The notes beneath the pieces are model-generated. The model was not told the DNA's origin and did not search any database. It was given only the letters and a program-made list of their open reading frames with translations. This document shows, one piece after another, positions 1 to 9,775 of a stretch of DNA of 64,000 nucleotides; position 1 is the stretch's first letter, and every line of letters begins with the position of its first letter. Both the position numbers and the translations under genes were made by a program. Source of the DNA: Nitrospinales bacterium (GTDB taxonomy: Bacteria > Nitrospinota > Nitrospinia > Nitrospinales > VA-1). Where the stretch lies: the NCBI GenBank assembly GCA_965262115.1, contig OZ253496.1, positions 448,001-512,000 on the forward strand, read 5' to 3'.

Positions 1-1430
1 AGGCGCTTCCACCCTATAACAACGGCGGTAATGCTAAAGAAAAAACCCACGCTAAGCAGTATCAAGATCAAAACATCCCATAAAGGTCTGTGATTTGCCA
101 AGCCGGGCAAGTCTAGGCTATGTAAACCATTGAACAACCACCGATATAGGCGCCGACTTTTATCCATGACCGATACTATTTGTCCCGATTCCATATCAAT
201 ATGTACCCAAGTTTGCTCCGGGTCATCCAATATTACTCTAAGGGTATTTTGAGGCAATGATCCTTCGCGCAGATGCCCATATATATCAGACTCTTCAGGG
301 TTTTGAGTGGATTGGATTTTTACATCAGGCCAAGCTTTCTTTACTGCATCAATTATTTCTGGCTTTAAAAATTTGGTCGGAGAAAGGGAATCAGGGACCA
401 TAGGCTTAAATAATTTCATTCCAGCTGGACTTCTTGACATTACAAAGGTTTGTCCACCGGTTGCAAACACCTCAACCTCATTGGAATCGTCCAAGGATTT
501 TAAAGCCTCAAGAGAAATTTCTTTCACTGCCTGATTTATTGATTTTCCGCGAAATTTTTGTATCTGACTGGTACTAGGACTTGGCTTTGAAAAAATTCGC
601 CCATGATCCATAGATAACCACCCACTAAATATCCAAGTTAAAATAAATATTCCCGCGAACAATCCCAAAATATGGTGTGTTCGTAACCAACCCTTGAAAG
701 GGCTGGACATAGTCAATCCAAATTTAATTTTTGCCTCACGAAATCGAACTATGCCCAGATACATTCCAGCCAAAGCTGTTACCACACCAAAAAGGGAAAT
801 CCACCAGACCACTTGATCCCATAAGGCCCAATTACTGCGTAAGACTGTGGGATAGATCCAATGGGTAATTGCACCGATATAATTCCACATACGCTCATTA
901 CCTTCGGTTTTTTGCAGAACTTCCCCTGTCCGCGCTGAAACATAATATAACACCGTTTCTTTTTGATCCTGCATGGAAACACGATAAAACGGTCGGTAGG
1001 TATCATAACGGTTCGGCACAATCCATTGGTCGTAATCGAGAGGCCCTTCAACTCTTAAAGCAGATTCCCCGAAAAAATTTTCCGCGACCCTTCCAGCTGA
1101 TCGCGTCTGAAGAAGATCTGACGACTTGCCATCGTGCGCATTCACAACCTTTATTCCACTATTGAGACTATGGAATACATAAATGGGCCACCCTTCCAAA
1201 TCGATCAACCTGAGACGATCCAAGCTAATACTTCCGATGCCCTTGACGGCTTTTGTCGGGGAAATAAGAACTTTTGAAAGATCCACCTCTGGACTACGGG
1301 AAAATCGGTCCGCTTGCGAAAGCGAAGGGAAAGGATGGTAAATCAGAACGGCGCCACTTAAAAACCAAACCGCAAAAAATAAACACAGGACTACTCCCAT
1401 CCAGCGGTGAGCCAGTGTCAGAAAACGCAT
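1..1430 (-). CDS. PepSY-associated TM helix domain protein (runs off window start)
   Basis: Both ends translated by hand and share a frame: ATG at 1430 gives MRFLTLAHRWMGVVLCLFFAVWFLSG..., and the frame reads ...FFFSITAVVIGWKR at the window edge. It lies directly downstream of the TonB receptor. Absent from the ORF track, consistent with no stop codon inside the window. Confidence 0.85.
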   Translation of the reverse strand, partial: MRFLTLAHRWMGVVLCLFFAVWFLSGAVLIYHPFPSLSQADRFSRSPEVDLSKVLISPTKAVKGIGSISLDRLRLIDLEGWPIYVFHSLNSGIKVVNAHDGKSSDLLQTRSAGRVAENFFGESALRVEGPLDYDQWIVPNRYDTYRPFYRVSMQDQKETVLYYVSARTGEVLQKTEGNERMWNYIGAITHWIYPTVLRSNWALWDQVVWWISLFGVVTALAGMYLGIVRFREAKIKFGLTMSSPFKGWLRTHHILGLFAGIFILTWIFSGWLSMDHGRIFSKPSPSTSQIQKFRGKSINQAVKEISLEALKSLDDSNEVEVFATGGQTFVMSRSPAGMKLFKPMVPDSLSPTKFLKPEIIDAVKKAWPDVKIQSTQNPEESDIYGHLREGSLPQNTLRVILDDPEQTWVHIDMESGQIVSVMDKSRRLYRWLFNGLHSLDLPGLANHRPLWDVLILILLSVGFFFSITAVVIGWKR

Positions 1431-1449
1431 AAGGGTTATCTCGATTTAA

Positions 1450-3627
1450 TTAAAAATCAAACTGAGCGCTGATTTCAAAGGCCCGTGGAGAACCCAGAAT
1501 TAACTGGTTTTTATAAAACTCGTCTCCCCAAAGCGCATAAGCCTTATCGAACAGATTCGTCAATCTTGCGGTGTACCGACCATTTCCTTTGTAGTAAGTG
1601 GCATGAAGATCCACCGTTTCGTAGGCCAGCATTTTCACTGTATTGAATCGGGTGTTAAAACGGTCCCCGACATAACGAAAACTACCTCCCACATCTATGG
1701 GAAGTCCTGCAACACCGCGATAATTGGTCCAGATATTAGCCACCCATTCAGGAACATTGGAGGGGGTATTACCTGAGACGTCTTCAAAAACACCGAACTC
1801 TGCATCGGTATAGGCAGTATTGGCACCAATCCGCCATTTTGGTGTCACCAGAATTGAGCCTTCCAGTTCAAATCCTGTCGACCGCTGACCTCCATCGCCG
1901 CCCAGAACACTATCGTTTGAATCTTGTATCAGGATATTTTGCCTTTCAATGTGGTAGACGGCCAATGTCATTTCCGCTTTCCCATTCAGGAACCGGGACT
2001 TCAACCCCGCTTCCCATTGTTGCGAAGTAGAAAGGTCAAAGTTTTGGTTACTATTGACAAGAAAAACATCTGATCCCAAAGGATCGGTGCCGGAACTCGT
2101 TTGGGCATAAACGTTCCAGGATGGAGCAATTTCGTAAACCGCGCCCACCCGCCAACTGAAAGGATTATAGGTGCGTTCAAATGATGTTCCGGGAGTGGGA
2201 TCATTAAAGTTGAGCCGGAACAACTCTATATGATCCTGACGCATACCCACAACCAACCTTAATTTCTCTGTAACTTTTAAAGCATCCTCAAAAAAAGTAG
2301 AAACCGTGATGATACGGGTAGGGTTAAGCCTGAAGTTTGTCGGGTTTCCCCCAACGCTCCCCCCGACGGGTGAAAAGGGATCCACAGAACCGGGATTTGC
2401 AAGCGGCTGCGACTTTCTTTCAAAGTCCACATAACTGGCATCGACACCGAAAAGAGATTGGTTCTCCATCCCGGCAATGGTATTTTTGTACGTCGCACTC
2501 AACTGATTACCAACTGTGTTTTGCAAATGGGCCACAAAAAAGGTGTCACGGTCAATCACTCCTGCATTAAATGTATAATTTTCTGAGTTGCGCCATTCCC
2601 GGTCCGCATTGAGAAAGTAAGTATAATTGCGAAACGAGAGTTTATTACTGTGTTTTCGCTTGGCATCTATCGTTGTTAAAATTTGATACGAGTCTGCCAC
2701 CTCATCATCAACATTGTAATTGACAAACCGCATTCGCTCGTCGATGGCCGCTCCAGCCCCTGTCACCACCCCGGTGAGGGGCTGGGTGGCAAATGCTTCT
2801 GTCACGATGGGGGTCCCCCAATAGTTTTGCAGTTTATCTTCCAGGTAATCAATGCCGAAGGTCACATCCAACTGATCATTAGGCTTCCACAATAGCGAAC
2901 CATTGAAGTTTCTTGATTTGGGATCGGCATTATCGACGTATCCATCCGAGCTGTATTCACTGCCATCGATCCGAAACCATAAGTTTTCACTCATTTGCCC
3001 ACCTGCCCCGACACCGAGCTTGACCGTGCCATAGCGACCGTAGGAGGTTAAAAGCTCATAAGAGTTTGTGCTTTTAGTCGTCGGTTTTTGGGTGATCATG
3101 TTCAGGGTGGCACCAATTGCTCCCTGGCCATGCAATACCGAGGCAGTACCTTTGAGGACCTCGATCCGATCCAGATTGAAACCGTTTTGGGGACGTCCGG
3201 TGATCAATGCCGGTCCCAACCAGATTCCGTCCCGTTGAATCATGACCTGATTGGAGGTGAAACCACGCATGGAATAATTGGCAGGCTCTGCGGGAGGATT
3301 TCCCCAAACGAACCCGGGTGATCGCTCGAGAGCTTTTCCCACTTTCTGATACCCTCCACCTTTCAATTCAGAATTACTGATAACGGTTATTGAAGCCGGG
3401 GTCTCAAAAGCCGGAAGGTCCAGACGACTACTGGTATTGAGTGAAAAATCGAAATTAAACACACTTGGAGTAACAAGTAATTCATCCAACTCCAAAACTG
3501 GAGGTGAGGAATTATCATGATTTTTATTAGGAGCATCATTTTGAGCCCAACTCATAGAAAATGCTTGAAACAGTAAAACGAAAGTTGAAACCAATACCAA
3601 AAGAACTTTATTCATGTTTTTTTCCAT
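1450..3627 (-). CDS. TonB-dependent outer-membrane receptor, cobalamin-riboswitch controlled (B12/cobalt uptake likely)
   Basis: Signal peptide, plug motifs (ETPASITVI, RGF, DRIEVLKG..SVLHG), C-terminal aromatic residue (QFDF). Start may be 3627 or 3615. Confidence 0.92.
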   Translation of the reverse strand: MEKNMNKVLLVLVSTFVLLFQAFSMSWAQNDAPNKNHDNSSPPVLELDELLVTPSVFNFDFSLNTSSRLDLPAFETPASITVISNSELKGGGYQKVGKALERSPGFVWGNPPAEPANYSMRGFTSNQVMIQRDGIWLGPALITGRPQNGFNLDRIEVLKGTASVLHGQGAIGATLNMITQKPTTKSTNSYELLTSYGRYGTVKLGVGAGGQMSENLWFRIDGSEYSSDGYVDNADPKSRNFNGSLLWKPNDQLDVTFGIDYLEDKLQNYWGTPIVTEAFATQPLTGVVTGAGAAIDERMRFVNYNVDDEVADSYQILTTIDAKRKHSNKLSFRNYTYFLNADREWRNSENYTFNAGVIDRDTFFVAHLQNTVGNQLSATYKNTIAGMENQSLFGVDASYVDFERKSQPLANPGSVDPFSPVGGSVGGNPTNFRLNPTRIITVSTFFEDALKVTEKLRLVVGMRQDHIELFRLNFNDPTPGTSFERTYNPFSWRVGAVYEIAPSWNVYAQTSSGTDPLGSDVFLVNSNQNFDLSTSQQWEAGLKSRFLNGKAEMTLAVYHIERQNILIQDSNDSVLGGDGGQRSTGFELEGSILVTPKWRIGANTAYTDAEFGVFEDVSGNTPSNVPEWVANIWTNYRGVAGLPIDVGGSFRYVGDRFNTRFNTVKMLAYETVDLHATYYKGNGRYTARLTNLFDKAYALWGDEFYKNQLILGSPRAFEISAQFDF

Positions 3628-3680
3628 TTTTGGAATAATAAAATTTACCCCCAGCCTCAAATCTTGCTGGAAAATTAAGC

Positions 3681-3719
3681 AAAAAAAAACCTCGCACCTC
3701 CAAATGGAGGACCGAGGTT
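3681..3719 (-). terminator. Intrinsic terminator in the expression platform of riboswitch 1
   Basis: Minus strand aacctcggtcctcc-attt-ggaggtgcgagg followed by a T run, between aptamer and receptor start. Confidence 0.8.
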
Positions 3720-3791
3720 GATTGCACCCTGTTTACTTGTATCAACATTTTTTGGGCAGACACCAATATTCCGCGACAGGTGGAACCCTTA

Positions 3792-3975
3792 TTGTTTCAG
3801 GCAGGTCTTCTGACTCGCGTTCAGCCTACTTTCTGCACCTTCCCAACGAGTAACGTCAGTGGCTTTTTGCAGATTTCGTCACGCTCACAGCGGCGGGACC
3901 GTGGTTGAATTTCACAACCTTCCCTATTATTTCCTGAAAGAAAATCAAATTTTCGCTTCCAGGAAACCTGAAAAT
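3792..3975 (-). promoter_or_regulatory. Cobalamin riboswitch 1
   Basis: AGGGAA...GTGAAATTC...CCCGCCGCTGTGA...GCCACTG...GGGAAGG...GAGTCAGAAGACCTGCC (B12 box). Confidence 0.95.
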
Positions 3976-3983
3976 CTTCCGAC

Positions 3984-4011
3984 AGCATAAACCAAAAAAT
4001 TCACGCGTCAA
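3984..4011 (-). promoter_or_regulatory. Putative sigma70 promoter for the riboswitch 1 leader
   Basis: TTGACG-N16-TATGCT just upstream of the aptamer. Confidence 0.45.
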
Positions 4012-4651
4012 GTAATTTATAAAAAAACACCCTGCCCGTTATTACAACTGCCTGTTAACCTGAGATATTCACTCTCCCCTGCTCCAGTAAAAACAAGCAG
4101 TTCACCGCCCGCATGAAAACCGAGCACCTCAGAAGGAATTTTTAGTGCCCGGTACTCTCCAAAAGAAAAACCAGTCAGCCTTAGCAAGGTACAGAATATG
4201 TCCTGATAAATATTCATGCTTTGTCTGATACCGCGCTATCTAAATTCTTAATTATCTTAAACAAAGTTGAAAAGGTATTGGGAGTATCGGGTAACCGAGG
4301 CGCAGGAGTTTTCCTTATCCTGCGCCGGTTCGGTTTTTCAAGACGTTCACCTACTGGACCTGCTTCCTCTCGTCCGCACGAAAACCGATATCTCCATAAT
4401 TTTGATTTTCAAGAGCGGGGTTGAAGCCAAACCCCACACCACATTGCGCCTGACCTTAGCCATTGACCCCTTCTCCCCCTGAATATAAGGGTATATCTAC
4501 TGATCCATAACACCTTGAATTTAAGGGACATGAAATCGAAAGAAACGCGCGTTGAAGTTGACAAATAACCAAAAACCAAGGAAATGATTGAAATCGTATT
4601 TATTACTTGTAAATATCTGGAAGTTCTACAATAATGGCGCTTGAAATTATA

Positions 4652-4816
4652 TGTTTTAGGTTTCCTGTATTTAGGGAATGAAAAGGGAAGGTTGTGAAAT
4701 TCAACCACGGTCCCGCCGCTGTGAGCGTGACGAAATCTGCAAAAAGCCACTGACGTTACTCGTTGGGAAGGTGCAGAAAGTAGGCTGAACGCGAGTCAGA
4801 AGACCTGCCTGAAATT
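4652..4816 (+). promoter_or_regulatory. Cobalamin riboswitch 2
   Basis: Same conserved motifs as riboswitch 1; 4684-4814 is the exact reverse complement of 3795-3925. Confidence 0.95.
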
Positions 4817-4883
4817 ATAAATATTACCTTTTGGGTTCAAAAGGTAAGTCTATTTGGTTGATTAAGTAAACCAGGGTGCGATC

Positions 4884-4922
4884 AACCTCAGTCCTCAATT
4901 CAGAGGGATGAGGTTTTTTTTT
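4884..4922 (+). terminator. Intrinsic terminator in the expression platform of riboswitch 2
   Basis: aacctcagtcctc-aattca-gagggatgagg followed by T9. Confidence 0.8.
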
Positions 4923-5000
4923 ACCGTTTTTAATTAAGAGTAACTGTTTACCCATATAGATTTGGCCAATTCATTTTAAAATTTAATGAGAGGTTTCGCC

Positions 5001-6191
5001 ATGAAAAAAATAGTAGCCCTTTTTTGCCTCATTGCTTTTCTTAACCCGGTAAATCTTTTTGCTTTTGATTGGAAAAACCATGATTTGTCCCATCTAGTGG
5101 TGGTCACCAATCGCGATGCAGATGAATTGACCATCGTCGACATGACAACAGATGAGGTGATCGGCAAACAGAAAGTGGCACTAAACAGTCAGGCCCATAT
5201 GACGGCCTTTTCTCCGGATGGCAAAAAGTTGGCCATTGCCGCTACCGCGAACAACAAAGTTGCAGTCCTGGATCTGAGTACCAACAAAGTGAGTGAAATT
5301 AATGTGGGGTCCGGTCCCGAGCATATGGATATCAGCAAAGATAATCGCTGGTTGTATGTCGGGAACATTGAAGGAGGAACGGTTTCAGCGATTGATTTGG
5401 ATCAAAACCGGGAAGTAGCCCGTCTGAAAGGTTTTCGTGAACCTCATGGCGCTACCATCATGGCTTCTGGCAATAAAGTTTATATTCCCAACCGCGGCGC
5501 CCAGTTGGTAGGGATGGTGAATGTGTCTGAACAATTTTCTACCAGTGATATTCTCGTCGGATCTCTTACCGGTTTGGCCTCGTTCGACAGAGATCAAGCA
5601 GGAGCTGCCATGCACCGTGAACGATCTATACCAGTAAATGGAGTGGCGAATGTCACCCTGACCCTGGATGAAAAATTCGCTTATATCGCCACCGGTGATA
5701 CAAATTCTGTGACGGTTTTAGATACCGCAACGGATAAAATAGTCCGCACTATTCCTGTCGGCTTGGACCCTTGGAGAGCGTACGCTTCCCCGGATGGAAA
5801 ATATATGGTTGTTCCCAACAACGGCGATCAAACGGTCTCAGTCATTGACGCGCAATCCCACACACTCGTTGCCACCCTCTCCGGAGCGGTCGATATGACA
5901 GGAGTGAATTTTGCCAGCAACAAAGGATATGTGATCAGCCGAGGGTCGAGCCTAGTTTTAGTCTACGATTTCTCGACACTTAAAAAAACGGGTCAACTGG
6001 ATATGGGTAAGAGCGCACGGCTAGAAACCGCAAGCACTTCCCCCGCTGGCAACAAAATTTATGTGGCCTCCTCCTCCAATAATTCCCTTTACGTCATTGA
6101 TGTTGAGTCGGATCGCGTCAAGCAGATCAAGGATGTCGGTAATTTCCCCTGGGGAGTCAGCATTTACAAGGGGCAGAATTACTGCCATTGA
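5001..6191 (+). CDS. Secreted YVTN/YncE-family beta-propeller protein
   Basis: Signal peptide MKKIVALFCLIAF..., repeats such as VGSGPEHMDISKD, VGLDPWRAYASPDG, TVSVID; C-terminal NYCH. Confidence 0.85.
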   Translation: MKKIVALFCLIAFLNPVNLFAFDWKNHDLSHLVVVTNRDADELTIVDMTTDEVIGKQKVALNSQAHMTAFSPDGKKLAIAATANNKVAVLDLSTNKVSEINVGSGPEHMDISKDNRWLYVGNIEGGTVSAIDLDQNREVARLKGFREPHGATIMASGNKVYIPNRGAQLVGMVNVSEQFSTSDILVGSLTGLASFDRDQAGAAMHRERSIPVNGVANVTLTLDEKFAYIATGDTNSVTVLDTATDKIVRTIPVGLDPWRAYASPDGKYMVVPNNGDQTVSVIDAQSHTLVATLSGAVDMTGVNFASNKGYVISRGSSLVLVYDFSTLKKTGQLDMGKSARLETASTSPAGNKIYVASSSNNSLYVIDVESDRVKQIKDVGNFPWGVSIYKGQNYCH

Positions 6192-6267
6192 TTGAGATGC
6201 CCTTTTGGCCTGGTCCGTTTTTGGGTGATCGCCGGATGGGCCAATATGAAATTGTCGAATCAGGAAA

Positions 6268-7215
6268 ATGAACATGGATGAAACTGCGGCTCTGCCCGAC
6301 AATTATGCCATATGTATCGCAGGCCATGGAAGCCGCGATAAGGAAGGCATTCAGGAATTTTTGACCTTGTCCTCAAAGTTCAAGGAAAGAGAGCCTCATA
6401 GAATTGTGGAATGCGGCTTTCTGGAGTTTGCAAAACCTACGATCGACGAAGCCATTAGTAAATGTGTGCAGGATGGGATCAACAATATTGTTGTGATTCC
6501 GGGGGTGTTGATGGCTGCGGGTCACGCCAAGAATGATATGCCCAGTGAAGTCCTGTCCATGGCTCGAAAATTTCCTGCCATGAATATTCAATATGGTCGC
6601 CCTCTGGATATCCATCCAAAAGTTTTAAAAGTTTGCGCTGACCGCATTGAATCGGCCGAAAACTCCTCCGCGCAAAAAACTCTGCGTTCCGACACTTTGC
6701 TCATGACAGTGGGACGCGGTAGCAGTGACCCGGATTCCAATTCCAATATCGCCAAAGTCTCCCGGATGTTGTGGGAGGGAATGGGGTTTGGCTGGTCAGA
6801 AACAAGCTTCATTGGGATCACACAGCCTCTGTTGCCAGACGCTCTGGATAAAGTCGTTAAAATGGGATTCAAACGCATTATCGTCTTTCCCTTTTTCCTT
6901 TTCACAGGCGTGTTAGTAAAAAGGATTTTTTCCATAACCGGTGATTTTCAGAAAAAATACCCGGGCACGGAATTTCTGAAAGCTCCTTATCTGAACTATG
7001 ATGATTTGATCGTCGATGTTTTCATGGAAAGAGCCCGGGAAATTCCTTTTGGCCTGCAGGATATGAATTGCCAGCTTTGTAAATACCGCGAGCAGGTGAT
7101 AGGTTTCGAGGATCAGGTGGGGCAACCCCAGGTAGGCCATCATCACCATGTTCGGGGTATTGATGGCCATCATTTGGACCATGAACATCATAGTCATTCA
7201 GACCATGAGCACTAA
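6268..7215 (+). CDS. cbiX: Sirohydrochlorin cobaltochelatase (long form, His-rich tail)
   Basis: GHGSR, AAGHAKNDMP, GRGSSDPD, MNCQLCKYR Fe-S motif, poly-His C-terminus. Confidence 0.95.
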   Translation: MNMDETAALPDNYAICIAGHGSRDKEGIQEFLTLSSKFKEREPHRIVECGFLEFAKPTIDEAISKCVQDGINNIVVIPGVLMAAGHAKNDMPSEVLSMARKFPAMNIQYGRPLDIHPKVLKVCADRIESAENSSAQKTLRSDTLLMTVGRGSSDPDSNSNIAKVSRMLWEGMGFGWSETSFIGITQPLLPDALDKVVKMGFKRIIVFPFFLFTGVLVKRIFSITGDFQKKYPGTEFLKAPYLNYDDLIVDVFMERAREIPFGLQDMNCQLCKYREQVIGFEDQVGQPQVGHHHHVRGIDGHHLDHEHHSHSDHEH

Positions 7216-7244
7216 ACGGTTTGATTAAGAAATGAGATACTTTA

Positions 7245-7883
7245 ATGCCCACCTACCAACCACATCCTATTGAAGCAAAAAGTTATGAAATCATAGATGG
7301 ATTGGTGGATTTTTCATGCTACCCCGAGGCGCACAGGGAAATTTTCAAACGCGTCATTCACACGACCGGGGATACCGAATTTATCAAGGGATTAAAAATT
7401 TCAGAAGGCGCCATTCAATCTGCGGTTAAGGCCATTTCTAATAATGCTTTGATATGGACAGATGTGACCATGGTGCAGACTGGTTTGAAGAGAGACCTTC
7501 TGAAAAAGCTGAACTTGAAAACCTGCTGCATGATTCATGATCCGGAAACCTTTCAGAAGGCGGAAGCCGAAAATACCACAAGGGCGGTAGCAGGCTTGCG
7601 GCGTTTCATTGAGCAAAAGGTAGATTCCCCTAAAATCCTGATCATCGGGGATGCCCCCACGGCCCTTCAGGAGGCAGTCGACCTTGCCCTGAACGACCAA
7701 CTTGGTGCTGATTTGATCATTGGAATTCCGGTAGGTTTTGTGGGAACAGAAGCCAGCAAGGATTCATTGAGCCGGCAAAATAAAATCTCATTCATTACTA
7801 ATGCGGGAACCCGTGGCGGTTCCACAGTCGCCGCCTCAATTTTTAATGCCTTAATGATCTGGACTCTCAACGAAAAGGCTTGA
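7245..7883 (+). CDS. cbiC: Precorrin-8X methylmutase
   Basis: IEAKSYEII, RVIHTTGD, GDAPTAL, PVGFVG, RGGSTVAAS. Confidence 0.93.
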   Translation: MPTYQPHPIEAKSYEIIDGLVDFSCYPEAHREIFKRVIHTTGDTEFIKGLKISEGAIQSAVKAISNNALIWTDVTMVQTGLKRDLLKKLNLKTCCMIHDPETFQKAEAENTTRAVAGLRRFIEQKVDSPKILIIGDAPTALQEAVDLALNDQLGADLIIGIPVGFVGTEASKDSLSRQNKISFITNAGTRGGSTVAASIFNALMIWTLNEKA

Positions 7884-7893
7884 GGAGATTTGC

Positions 7894-9042
7894 ATGTCAG
7901 CCCCTTTCATTGATTTAACCATCCCGGCTTCAAACGGAATGGCACGAGGCATCACGACGGGTAGCTGTGCTACGGCGGCAGCCAGATCAGCACTCGAATT
8001 CTTGATTTTTAATTCTGAAAAACAACAGATAGAGATTGATTTACCTTCGGGAGAAAAATTACGGGTTCCAGTAAATTTTTGCCGTAAAACGAAACGAGGG
8101 GCGATGGCGCAGGTGACCAAGAACGCAGGCGATGACCCAGATGTAACAGACAAATGCAAGGTGGAAGTGGAGGTGAAGCCTAGTGAGAAGAACAATGGGA
8201 TTCATTTTTATGCGGGAGATGGCGTCGGAACTATTACCGAAGATGGACTCCAGATTCCCAAGGGGGAACCGGCAATCAATCCCATTCCCAGAAGCATGAT
8301 CCGCCAAAATCTGGAGCATATTCTTAAAGACCCAGCAACTCCTGAGGCATGGAGAGATTGCGGTTGGAATGTGGTGGTCAGTGTTCCCGGCGGAAAAGAT
8401 ATTGCCCTAAAGACCTTTAACCCGAGATTGGGAATTGAGGGTGGGATTTCCATCCTTGGTACAACGGGCATTGTTGAACCCATGTCTCTCAGCGCGTGGA
8501 AAGCCTCCGTCGAAATTTATATTGATGTGGCGCTGGCTACGCAATCAGAATTTATTGTATTCAGCCCAGGGCGATGGGGACAGAAATTTTTTCACCAGGA
8601 GAGAGGTATCCCGCTAAACCGCATATGCCTGGTTTCAAATTTTATCGGATTCGCATTGGATCATTTAAAGCAACATTACAATTCAGAAAAAAATCAGGTA
8701 AAAACCCTGGTCCTGGCCGGTCATCCGGGGAAATTGGCAAAAGTGATTGAGGGCCATTGGAACACCCACTCCAGCGAATCCCCCTCCGCACTTCCTGCAA
8801 TATTAAAAATTGCGGAAAATATTTTTCCAACGGACATGAAAGAAATATTGCTATCATCGAGAACGGTGGAGCATTTGATACAACTCAGTAAAAGCAATCA
8901 AATAAGCGATATTTTATTTCAAGTGGTGGCCGAAGAAATATCGAGAACCGTTTCCAAGTATCTGGGGAAAGCCATTCAGGTGGAGGTCTTGTTGGCAGAC
9001 TTTAAGGGCAACTTGATCGGGCAGGCGGCAACTCATGACTGA
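7894..9042 (+). CDS. cbiD: Cobalt-precorrin-5B C1-methyltransferase
   Basis: GITTGSCATAAA, KNAGDDPDVT, TFNPRLGIEGGISILGTTGIV. Confidence 0.96.
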   Translation: MSAPFIDLTIPASNGMARGITTGSCATAAARSALEFLIFNSEKQQIEIDLPSGEKLRVPVNFCRKTKRGAMAQVTKNAGDDPDVTDKCKVEVEVKPSEKNNGIHFYAGDGVGTITEDGLQIPKGEPAINPIPRSMIRQNLEHILKDPATPEAWRDCGWNVVVSVPGGKDIALKTFNPRLGIEGGISILGTTGIVEPMSLSAWKASVEIYIDVALATQSEFIVFSPGRWGQKFFHQERGIPLNRICLVSNFIGFALDHLKQHYNSEKNQVKTLVLAGHPGKLAKVIEGHWNTHSSESPSALPAILKIAENIFPTDMKEILLSSRTVEHLIQLSKSNQISDILFQVVAEEISRTVSKYLGKAIQVEVLLADFKGNLIGQAATHD

Positions 9043-9775
9043 TCATTGTGGAACATTTATCGGCATCGGTGTTGGACCGGGCCCTGCGGAATACATCACC
9101 ATTAAAAGCCTCAATGCCTTGATGGGGGCTGACAAGGTTTTGGTTCCCCGTGCCAAGGGAGCCAAGGACTCCGTGGCTTTAGCCTGCATAAAGGATATTG
9201 ATGTCCCTCGCGAGAAAATTGAATTTCTCGACTATCCCATGTCCAACGATGAGAATTTACTCAATTCCATTTACCGGGATATTGCCGAAAAGATTATTGC
9301 GAATCTGAAGAAAAAACTGAACCTTGTTTATATTACCATTGGGGATCCCTATATTTACTCCACTTACTCTTATACCGTCCATGCCTTGAAGAAAATGATG
9401 CCGGATATTTCCATTTCAACTTATCCAGGAATAAGTTCCTTTCAGGCATTATCCGCCGCTCTCGATTTTCCCCTGGCCCAAGGTAAGGAAAAAATTCTGA
9501 TTCTCCCCTGCCCCGAAACCCCAGCAGAGTTAAAAGAGCAAATTGAGAGAAACGAAAATATTGTCTTGATGAAAATCGGGGACCGCTTTGATTGGGTTCG
9601 TGAATTATTAAAGGAAATGGATATTTTGAAAAATTGTGTCCTGGGAAAAAGGATTGGCTTGGATAATGAAATCTTGTCCTGTGACCTTACAGGGTTAAAT
9701 GGAGACGACAAACCCGGTTATTTATCCGTAATGCATATCCGAAAAACTCCCCTCTCAGGGAGAAATGGGCAATGA
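9035..9775 (+). CDS. cbiL: Precorrin-2 C20-methyltransferase
   Basis: GIGVGPG, YPM, GDPYIYST, PGISS, VLMKIG. Confidence 0.92.
   Translation: MTDHCGTFIGIGVGPGPAEYITIKSLNALMGADKVLVPRAKGAKDSVALACIKDIDVPREKIEFLDYPMSNDENLLNSIYRDIAEKIIANLKKKLNLVYITIGDPYIYSTYSYTVHALKKMMPDISISTYPGISSFQALSAALDFPLAQGKEKILILPCPETPAELKEQIERNENIVLMKIGDRFDWVRELLKEMDILKNCVLGKRIGLDNEILSCDLTGLNGDDKPGYLSVMHIRKTPLSGRNGQ

Noticed and set aside
4017..4750. Short ORFs between the riboswitches
   Set aside because: No motifs, weak starts, and one overlaps the riboswitch; no recombinase gene found
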